From: Octopus sinensis
Taxonomy: Eukaryota
Direction of reading: 5' to 3'
Assembly: GCF_006345805.1 (NCBI RefSeq)
Contig: NC_043020.1
Span: 15,376,001 to 15,440,000 of the forward strand
Length of the DNA stretch: 64,000 nucleotides
The translations under genes were made by a program, and so were the position numbers. Below the pieces are notes generated by a model, which saw only the letters and a program-made list of their open reading frames with translations, was not told the DNA's origin and did not search any database. Positions 53,344-64,000 of this stretch are shown in pieces; within the stretch, counting starts at the first letter, position 1; each line of letters begins with the position of its first letter.

Positions 53344-53608
53344 TAGTTTTATTTTTATAGCGTGCTTTCACTTCACTACCGAGCGCAGCTCTGAGTGCCT
53401 TGGGTATGTGCTGTGATTTGTTGTGATGCTCTAATGGTTATTGTATGGAAAGTGTTCTGCGTAGGATGTGTGCAGTGCCTAGTAGTGCAATTTTCTGTAT
53501 GTTATATGTGTTTGTAAGTCCTGGTGTTTTTGTTATGTATTTGTCTGAATATTTTTTTTATCATGCCTAATGCACCTACTATGATAGGAATTGTTTCTGT
53601 TTTCAGGT
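53340..53608 (-). mobile_element. R4/Dong-clade LINE 3' end inserted in (TAA)n
   Basis: WNLKTETIPIIVGALGMIKKYSDKYITKTPGLTNTYNIQKIALLGTAHILRRTLSIQ*, then a 3' UTR and (TAA)n tail; TAA repeats also lie on the 5' side. Confidence 0.85.
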
Positions 53609-53909
53609 TCCATTATTATTATTGTTATTGTTATTATTAAATGATTTTTGCTGACGTAGTCTAACAGCATCCGCTCTTTTATGCATTTTTATTTGTGCTA
53701 TTTTCATTGCTTCGAGAATAAAAGACAGCAACCATGACCTTCGTAATGCTTCCGAGACTGGTGGGAGAAAAATTGATATCCTCACACCACAGTCAAGTCC
53801 CAAATGCTTGAATCAGCGTGAGGCGTTTAGCAAAAAGAAAGCAATCGGTGGCAAGAGGGTGAGGGTGATAGTGGGGGAAATGGGGGAGGGGGATGACCTT
53901 ATTTTTCTT

Positions 53910-53943
<34 letters not shown>

Positions 53944-54074
53944 CACACACACACATATATACACACATACATAAATAGATAAATCTATATTATATACATG
54001 CATATGTACATAAGTATATACATATATAAGTATGCGTGTATATACACATATGCACATTCACACATAAGTCTGTC

Positions 54075-54655
<581 letters not shown>

Positions 54656-54846
54656 ACGTGTATACAGGTATCATTCCTAACCAGACGACAATCCATTTTC
54701 CCACCCAGCCATATTCAATCTCTTGCAAGTTCAGCAGGTTTGTCTACTTAAAACATATCATTAATGGTAGGAGCAACGGCAACGGCTTCGAATGCGGATG
54801 GACAGAGGCTACAAGACACACGTGCAGCCGCTGACATTGGCCATTA

Positions 54847-54847
54847 C

Positions 54848-54884
<37 letters not shown>

Positions 54885-55410
54885 TCGATGATGATGATGA
54901 TGATGACGACGATGATGGCGATGATGATGATGATGATATCGATGATGATGATGATGATGACGACGATGATGGTGATCATGATGATGATCATGATGATGAT
55001 CATGATGTCGATGATGGTGATGATGATGATGATGTGATGACGTTGACGGTGACGACGACGATGACGATTTCGCAGATGATGACGACGACGACGATGATGT
55101 CAATGAGGTTGTCATGATGATGATGATGATGATGATGATGACGACGATGATGGTGATGATGATGATGACGACGATGATGGTGATCATGATGATGATGATG
55201 ATGATGATGTCAATGATGGTGATGATGTGATGACGTTGACGGTGACGACGACGATGACGAGTTCGAAGATGATGACGACGACGACGATGATGTCGATGAC
55301 GATGACGATGATGATGATGATGATGATGAAGCTAATGATAGTGATGGTGGTGGTGGTCGTGACGACAGCTTTTGTAGCGTTTGTGATGATGGTGATAATG
55401 ATGATGAGGG
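54847..55410. repeat. (GAT)n/(GAC)n array with internal duplication
   Basis: GATGTGATGACGTTGACGGTGACGACGACGATGACGA is present at ~55030 and ~55225. Confidence 0.9.
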
Positions 55411-56018
55411 TATGCTGGGTATTGCAGAGAAAAGAGATATCATAGTGGCTATAGCATTGCTCCTGGTTGCGGGTAACAATAGTAGTGGTGGTCATGTTGG
55501 AAGCGGTGAAGGCGGTAGGGATAAGTAGTGTTGATAGTGGAGGCTAGGGGGAAGAAGGCGTAGTCGTGTACGTAGCTATAGTAGTGATGGAAGTGATGGT
55601 GATGTTGCAGAGAAAGAGATATGAGGGCTGTATTAAGTGATGCTGTTATTAATTCCAGATCAGTCCTGATCAAACAAACCTATGATCAAAAACATTCCAT
55701 CCGTGACCAACCCGTCTCCCCATCCCCACCCCAAGAACAAAAGACCGACCCAAGACTACGTTATTCAATGTATTACTTTCCTAGATAGTAGAGTGCGAAT
55801 TGAGGAAATTTTGGTCACTATTTCTAGCAGGTCGGTGGACCTCAATGATACGTTACAGTGCGAGGCTGTGTGTTCTTATATCGTCTGCAGGATCTTTATC
55901 TTTTGACCTACAGATTTAAAACATAATTTTTTGTAACTAAACACTTTTTATTTCAGGAATTGTTTTGAAGAAAGACAAATTTTAACTAGTTTTAGCTGCT
56001 ATATCAGTAGTTCTCTTT

Positions 56019-56400
56019 GGAGGCGCAATGGCCCAGTGGTTAGGGCAGCGGACTCGCGGTCATAGGATCGCGGTTTCGATTCCCAGACCGGGCGTTGTGA
56101 GTGTTTATTGAGCGAAAACACCTAAAGCTCCACGAGGCTTCGGCAGGGGATGGTGGTGATCCCTGCTGTACTCTTTCAGCACAACTTTCTCTCACTCTTA
56201 CTTCCTGTTTCTGTTGTACCTGTATTTCAAAGGGCCGGCCTTGTCACTCTCTGTGTCACGCTGAATATCCCCGAGAACTACATTAAGGTTACACGTGTCT
56301 GTGGAGTGCTCAGCCACTTACACGTTAATTTCACGAGCAGGCTGTTCCGTTGATTCGGATCAACCGGAACCCTCATCGTCGTAACCGACGGAGTGCTTCT
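56019..56400 (+). mobile_element. SINE family C, full length
   Basis: tRNA-like head to a CGTCGTAACCGACGGAGTGC 3' end. Confidence 0.9.
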
Positions 56401-57179
56401 ATCATCATCAGTAGTTCTCAACCAGGGTCCATTTAAGATTTGGTTCTTTACCTTTTGACCTACAGAGTTAAAAAATAATTTTTTGTAACTAAACACTTTC
56501 AAACTTCGGACACTGGTAGAATGTGTCATATAAAACACCTTTTACTCTTAGCATTTTTGAGAAAAACTTATATTTACGAAGTTATTTCACGTTTAAGTTC
56601 TCGTATTTCGGTAATTTCAACCAATCAATGACGTGTATTCAGCTGAATAAAATTACTGCTTTTGTTTGTCAACAAGAACTTCCGGCGGTGTATATTTCGT
56701 TTATCACTGTTATTTATGACAACCCTAACCCTAAAACCCAAGGAAATACTGGTTCAATACCTAGTATTACTGGGGAACGAAATCCCCCTAAAACGATAGG
56801 TATATATTTATTTCTTTATTGCCCACAGGTAGCTAAATGTACAGGGGACAAACATGGACAGACAAAGGGATTAAGTAGATTACAGGGACTCTAGTACTGG
56901 TACTTATTTAATCGACCTTGAAAGGATGAAAGGCAAAGTCAACCTCGGCGGGATTTGAACTCAGAACATAAAGACAGACGAAATACCACTAAGAATTTCG
57001 ACCGGCGTGCTAACGATTCTACCAGCTCACCATCTTACGATAGCTATATATTAAACATATACTTTATATCCAGTTAAATGAACAAAAGAAAATGGAAGAT
57101 ATCCAGTTAAATGAACAAAAGAAAATGGAAGATAGAAGGTTAATAGTAATTTGCTACTAATAAATAACTTAACTTCCTG

Positions 57180-57530
57180 TGGAGGTGCAATGGTCCAGTG
57201 GTTAAGGCAGCGGACTCGCGGTCGAAAGGTCGCGGTTTATTGAGTGAAAACACCTAAAGATCAACGAGACCGCGGCAGGGGGCGGTGGCGAACCATGCTG
57301 TACTCTTTCATCACAACTTTCTCTCACGCTTTCTTCCTGTTTCTGTTGAACCTGTATTTCAAAGGGGCTAGCCTTGTCACAATTTGTGTTACGCTGAATC
57401 TACTCGACAACTACATTAAGGGGTGCACGAGTCTGTGAAGTGCTCAGCCACTTGCACGTTAATTTCACGAGCAGGCTGTTCCGTTAATCGGATCAGTTGG
57501 AACCCACGTCGTTATAAGCGACGGAGTGCC
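57180..57530 (+). mobile_element. SINE family C, diverged
   Basis: Colinear with 56019-56400. Confidence 0.8.
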
Positions 57531-57575
57531 TCGATTAACTTCCTACCCTCTATTTTCTTTTCTTCATTTAACTGG

Positions 57576-57616
<41 letters not shown>

Positions 57617-57618
<2 letters not shown>

Positions 57619-58015
57619 GAGTGGGTATGTGATAAGTAGGTTGCTTGCAACCACATGGTTCCGGGTTCAGTCCCACTGCGAGGCACCTTGGGCGTCTTCT
57701 ACTATAGCCTCGGGCCGACCAAAGCCTTGTGAGTGGATTTGGTAGACGGAAACTGAAAGAAGCCCGTCGTATATATGTATATATATATGTATGTGTGTGT
57801 GTGTGTGTGTATTTGTGTGTCTGTGTTTGTCCCTCCAACATCGCTTGACAACCGATGCTGGTGTGTTTACGTCCCCGTAATTTAGCGGTTTGGCAAAAGA
57901 GACCAATAGAATAAGTACTAGGCTTACAAAGAATAAGTCCTGGGGTCGATTTGATCGACTAAAGGCAGTGCTCCAGTATGGCCATAGTCAAATGACTGAA
58001 ACAAGTAAATGAGTA
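57617..58015 (+). mobile_element. SINE family A
   Basis: Matches the consensus. Confidence 0.9.
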
Positions 58016-58411
58016 ATATACACACGCATATACATGTATAGGTTTTTAGACTAATATTTACATCCTATTACTTATAGCTTTATATGCTTCGATATCCACT
58101 GTTCCAAAAAACGAATTGTGTCATTCTTTCGAAAGTTTATACGCATAAACAATTGTAACCGTTGAAATTGATTAGGTACACATTATTATGATGAAATTTT
58201 GGACTCAGTAGTTATGATGATAAAATGTTTGTTGTTATTATTGGTTGCTTACTTTAAGATGGCCAATGCATAAAGTTTTAAGAAAGTATTTATTTACCAT
58301 TACGTTACAATACCATGCCTCGACGGACAGGTTATAATAAATCCAAAAGCATGCGAAGTAAAGTTTGTGTTTGTGTCCTCTTCATTGTTAAGTAGTAGTA
58401 ATTACCGAAGT

Positions 58412-58795
58412 GGAGGCGCAATGGCCCAGTGGTTAGGGCAGCGGACTCGCGGTCATAGGATCGCGGTTTCGATTCCCAGACCGGGCGTTGTGAGTGTTTA
58501 TTGAGCGAAAACACCTAAAGCTCCACGAGGCTCCGGCAGGGATAGTGGTGATCCCTGCTGTACTCTTTCACCACAACTTTCTCTCACTCTTACTTCCTGT
58601 TTCTGTTGTACCTGTATTTCAAAGGGCCGGCCTTGTCACTCTCTGTGTCACGCTGAATATCCCCGAGAACTACGTTAAGGGTACACGTGTCTGTGGAGTG
58701 CTCAGCCACTTACACGTTAATTTCACGAGCAGGCTGTTCCGTTGATTCGGATCAACTGGAACCCTCGTCGTCGTAACCGACGGAGTGCTTCCATC
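58412..58795 (+). mobile_element. SINE family C, full length
   Basis: Near-identical to 56019-56400. Confidence 0.9.
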
Positions 58796-60114
58796 CAGTA
58801 ATTACCGAAAGATAGAATGACGTTGTAAGGGACAGAATTGTAAGGTGTTGTCTCACAGCTGCTGACAGGAATTTTCATTTCTCTCGCTGACCATTATTTT
58901 CTAGCAGTCCTTTCCTTAACTAATTGAGTCGTCACGAACTGCCTCGTTCAGTTGTCGACAAGTGACGAACTCCGTCGAGTCGTCACGACTGTGAGGAACT
59001 GATTTTTGCTTGGGATGTACTGGCTTATGTAACTATCCAGAAGGATAGATATATCATTGAGAACAATAGATTTAGTTGGTGGTCTTGTTATCTCTATTCT
59101 AGCTTTTGGTGAAGTAGAAGAGGTTAGAAAGGGTCAAGTGGTGAAGACATTATTTCGGCCTTGCTAAAGGCAGCTGGAAAATGTAAAACTGCTGTCAGAG
59201 GAAAACCATTGTTCCACTGTGGGAACAGATCTGTAGCGGTGTTAATTTAAATTTGGCTGTGGTGGATCGAATCTACTTCATGCATGCAAGATCCACTACA
59301 TATATATATATATATAATGTACGTGTGTGTATGCATGCATGCATGCATACATACATACATACATACATACATACATACATACATACATACATGCATGCTT
59401 ATATATGGATTAACGTCCGTTCGAAGCGAGCTGACGAGAATGGCTCCTTAGTACACCACACGGTCGATACAAACGTATATATATATACATATGTATGCAT
59501 GCATGCCTGTGTGTGAGCAAGCGATTTCATATCTTTCTTGGCTGACTTAAACGCAGTTATCTTAAAATATTTAATGATAATAATAATAATAATTCTCATC
59601 TGCAGTCTTATTAACGACGCATGAAAAGTCGCCTCTAAATGGAATTCTACGTAACTGTTGTACTATAGTATAATGCTTTTAACGAACTAGGCGTGCTTAA
59701 TGTATATATATATTCACCGGATTTTCGTTTTCAGGTTAAGAAAACCTTGGACACGTGTAATAACCAATCACAGCAATGTTGCATTTGTCGTTGCTTTAAT
59801 CGTGGACGGGTGGTGGAGATAGTAATTTATTTTCTTAAATGTGGTTTTCCAGGCAGGCAGGCAACACCGGTCTTTAAATTTGAGGTATGAAAGTATGAGA
59901 CTGCTGACGAGTTAGAGGTTATAAATAGACATGAATTCGGGGACAAGGTGAAGAGGTGTTCCAAAGTGATTTACTTACTACATGATGTAAGATTTTTTTT
60001 ACGGTAGGCATAGGGATATAGAAGAAATAATTAGATGGAAAAATAGAAAAAAAATTGTGGCGGACATATTGCATACGGCCGATGGATGAACGTTCGGTTT
60101 GTATGTTCAGAAGC

Positions 60115-60530
60115 TTTTATTTATTCTTTTACTTGTTTCAGTTGTTAGACTGCGGCCATGCTGTGGCACCGCCTCGAAGAACTTTTAGTCGAATAAATCG
60201 AAATCCCCCCCCCCCGCGTGCTTGGTTTTTCTTCTTTTTTTCTTTAACCCTGGTACTTATTCTATCGGTCTCTCTTTGCCTAACTGCTAGGTTACGGGGA
60301 TGTAAACACACCAACACCGATTGTCAAGCGGTGGAGGGGGACCGACAAACACACACACACACACATACACACATGTATATATTCGAAGGGCTTCTTTCTG
60401 TTTCTGTCGACCAAATCCACTTGGTCGGCCCGAGGCTATAGTAGAAGACACCTGTCCAAGGTGCCACGCAATGGATTTGAACCCGAAACCACGAGGCTGG
60501 GAAGCAAGTTTCTTGCCACACAGCGTCGCC
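60115..60530 (-). mobile_element. SINE family A, diverged
   Basis: Reverse complement of the consensus. Confidence 0.8.
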
Positions 60531-60950
60531 ATTTATTTTTTAAAAATATCATCGACTTAGTTGTTTGGATGAGGATATATATAAAATTCAAAATAGGACA
60601 CTTCTCGGTAAGAGTTATATCTCTAATCTCTAATTTGCAATAAAAAAAAGTGGTGTGAGGCGCACTAAATGATTATCATTTATCTTTTACTTGCTTCAGT
60701 CATTGGACTGTGGTCATGCTGGGGCACCACTTCAAAGGGTTTAGTCTACGGATTCTCAACCAGTTTTTATCTATGGACCCCTTTGATTATTCTTCTGTTC
60801 GAATGAACTCCGACAGTCGTTCAGTGTTTAAAATCTAGTTTTATAGATACTGCTCTCAAAATTCCTATTTGTTTTTCACACATTCCTTTGTGTAGGTTGA
60901 ACTATGTAAAACATTAAGGAAAGAAACCTAGCTGTTTTCTTGCAATATAT

Positions 60951-61150
60951 AATAAGCAACAGGATATCAAGAGGTGATGCACTACGACCGTTTCAAGCGA
61001 CTCCATTTAATTGAACAATGCAATCATTGCATCAGTTTAAATACAGGGCTATCCCTGCATTTAAATTGATGTAATGATTGCATTGTTCAATTAAATGGAT
61101 CCGCTTGAAACGGTCGTAGTGCATCACCTCTTGATATCCTGTTGCTTATT
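60951..61150. repeat. 200-bp near-perfect palindrome
   Basis: Arms 60951-61048 and 61053-61150, loop CTAT, about 5 differences. Confidence 0.9.
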
Positions 61151-61239
61151 TTGATTTTATTCACCTTACTTTGAGTTGTACGGATAATACCGCACTGATC
61201 TGGTGCTTCAACTTCAGTACCTAATTCAACTGAATCTCA

Positions 61240-61334
<95 letters not shown>

Positions 61335-61612
61335 CAGAGAGTGTGTTAGGTGTAATGTACTGAATTGAATACTGAGAAAAAGTCGTCAGAATTTTGGAAA
61401 AATCCTTTTTATTTCTTCATTATAATTAGCGCTTTCGTTCCTCTCTAGAACTTGTCAAATACAATTTTGTGAATGTACAAACAGCTTTTTCATATATATA
61501 TATATAATATATATATATTATATATTATATATATATAATAGATGTTTTTGTTTTATAATGAACAATCCGTTTTCCAAAAGTTTGACAACCTTTTTCTCAA
61601 TATATATGTATG

Positions 61613-61720
<108 letters not shown>

Positions 61721-61812
61721 GAACGTCCTGTCCGTGTTTATTGTATCGTCTTCTAAGAGTTATACGTTCTTGTCCATGTTGTATTTTTCTACATACCTTA
61801 ATATATATATAT

Positions 61813-61871
<59 letters not shown>

Positions 61872-62075
61872 ATAAACGGCAGAGTTTTTCTGTAGTATTT
61901 TACTTGACGACACACGTGGGTGGGCAGGGGAAGGTGATGGACTTTATTCGTATATTTTTAAATTCGGCGGTGCTGACGTTGAATTTGATCTGTCTGATAC
62001 CGTTAGTTGGAGAGATATGTTCAGTTCCTCCAGTGCCTTCGAATTTAATATTTTTAATATTTAATATTGTGAAGT

Positions 62076-62158
62076 CCCATGCTGATGAAGAAAATGTTCG
62101 GGTAAAGTATAAATTGCACATTCTTTATACCGATCTAATTTCGAAACGCGTACATGGG
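62076..62158 (+). ncRNA. Type I hammerhead ribozyme motif (full consensus, long stem II)
   Basis: CCCATG-CTGATGA-A-GAAA...TTTC-GAA-ACGCGT-A|CATGGG; GUA site after 62152. Confidence 0.8.
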
Positions 62159-62663
62159 TAATCTAATATCGATTGGTTTTCGTTATTTTTCCTCTCTGCC
62201 TTCGTGGATTGTTTTCGAGTAATTTGTTTTTTCCGGGAGTCTCTTTTTAAAGTAGAGGAAATAGCTAAGGTTCTTTGACTGCTATTTCTAAACTTCGGTA
62301 TGTGGTAAAGCAAATCTTTGCTGAACCCTACTATAAAGTATATATATATATATATTATATATATATATATATGGTTAACAGGTGAGATCCAGAGATGCTC
62401 AATATAGTAAACACTTAGTAGTGCTCAAATGATTTCAGCTTGCACTCCGATATCTTTACTGAGGACTAAGTCTACAGAGTAAAGAGTGGTTATAAGAAGA
62501 ATGCAGGTATGCAGATACGGAGATAATGGTGCAGATAAACAAATTAAACCGCTTGGGTTAAATATACAAAATATGCAAAAATGTATATTTTGTTTATTTA
62601 GCCCAATCGGTTTTATTTGTTTATTTGCATCGTTATCTATCTATCTCTCTCCCTCTCTCCCCC

Positions 62664-62711
<48 letters not shown>

Positions 62712-62746
62712 CCTACCCCTCTCTCTCTCTCTCTCTATCTACCTAC

Positions 62747-62814
<68 letters not shown>

Positions 62815-62815
62815 A

Positions 62816-62908
<93 letters not shown>

Positions 62909-63611
62909 TAATATGTAGGAGAAAGAGAAGTAGATTGAACTAAAGAAAGGGAGAAAGAAATATTGAATCAAAGGAAGGGAAAACGTGAGAGAGATTGACT
63001 AATTGACTGAAATATGAACGGCCATTATAGAAATACAGAAGTGACGTGTGCACATAACACTCACATACACACCTACACATTCCTTAATATATTCTAAACG
63101 AGGAAATCAATGGAATTCTTTTTTGAATAAAATATCTTAATATATTTGCGGTTTTAGGTGTGGTGCTTCACTCCCTTTATTTACACACTCACACACACAC
63201 ACACACAAACATCGTACACATCATGAAACGTATCCATACACACAAACCACTTCCACATCTTGTATACGTTTCTTGTTGATCTGTAACCATGATCAGTTCG
63301 GATTCTTGATGTTATGCGTTCAAATCCCGTCCAGGTCAGCTTTGCCTTTCCTCCTTCCGAGGGTCGATAAATGAAGTACCACTGCTTGGTCGATCTTTTT
63401 TCCTTTCTTTATTTCTGTCTTTCTGTCTAGCTTGCAGCAGCATGGAGTACCCCATTCAAGGCTGTAATGTCTAGTTCGTTTTTATTTACGATGGATTTGA
63501 GGGCCGTCTTCGCCTGACAGATCATTTTGTCACTTTTCTTTACTATTGTGGATGTTAGGGAGGTCACTACATTCCTTCATGTCCAACTTGTTGTTGTTGT
63601 TGTAGTTATTA

Positions 63612-63824
63612 AGGCGGCGAGCTGGCAGAATCGTTAGCACGCTCGGTTAAAATTCTTAGTGGCATTTCGTCCGTCCTTACGTTCTGAGTTCAAATGCTGC
63701 CGGGGTCGACTTTGCCTATCATCCTTTCGGGGTCAATAAAATAAGTACCAGTTGAAGACTGGGGTCGATGTAATCGACTTTCCCCATCCCCCAAATTTCA
63801 TGTTTTGTGCCTATAGTAGAAAGG

Positions 63825-63830
<6 letters not shown>
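63612..63830 (+). mobile_element. SINE family B with (ATT)n tail
   Basis: Full head and body followed by (ATT)n to ~63985. Confidence 0.85.
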
Positions 63831-63890
<60 letters not shown>

Positions 63891-63931
63891 TATAATAAAA
63901 GAATTAATTATTATTATTGTCATCATTATTA

Positions 63932-63986
<55 letters not shown>

Positions 63987-64000
63987 GATTATATAGGACT

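Noticed and set aside
53668-53870. Hydrophobic open frame ASALLCIFICAIFIASRIKD... as exon 2 for the 9392 exon
   Set aside because: Weak polypyrimidine tract, no clear donor and no GPCR motifs.
59734-59884. AG...GAG|GTATGA bounded candidate exon
   Set aside because: The phase-1 frame needed to continue the 9392 exon hits a stop, and other frames give no recognisable protein.

Overview
Animal genomic DNA, very probably a coleoid cephalopod (Octopus-like). This is inferred from the extreme microsatellite density and the tRNA-headed SINE families; no database search was run. No complete protein-coding gene is visible. Nearly all ORFs in the track are translations of microsatellites or SINEs. Real coding signal is limited to transposon relics (RTE, Tx1/L1, R4/Dong, CRE, Penelope, mariner, Helitron helicase) and one candidate first coding exon of a membrane protein at 9392-9515. 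The most striking unexplained structure is a set of type I hammerhead ribozyme (HHR) motifs from several unrelated families. Three match the full catalytic consensus (22112-22146, 36932-36978, 62076-62158). One has a compensated U3-A8 core (46675-46721). One family shares an A6U core (4 copies), one motif sits in a 540-nt tandem unit resembling a retrozyme (29610-30690), and several are decayed relics. Most lie in short elements bounded by (TA)n, and one directly follows a Penelope RT relic. The window also holds long perfect hairpins, head-to-tail SINE multimers with a palindromic junction, and elements inserted into (TAA)n. Irregular single-base indels in the repeats suggest long-read error, so single-base calls need confirmation.
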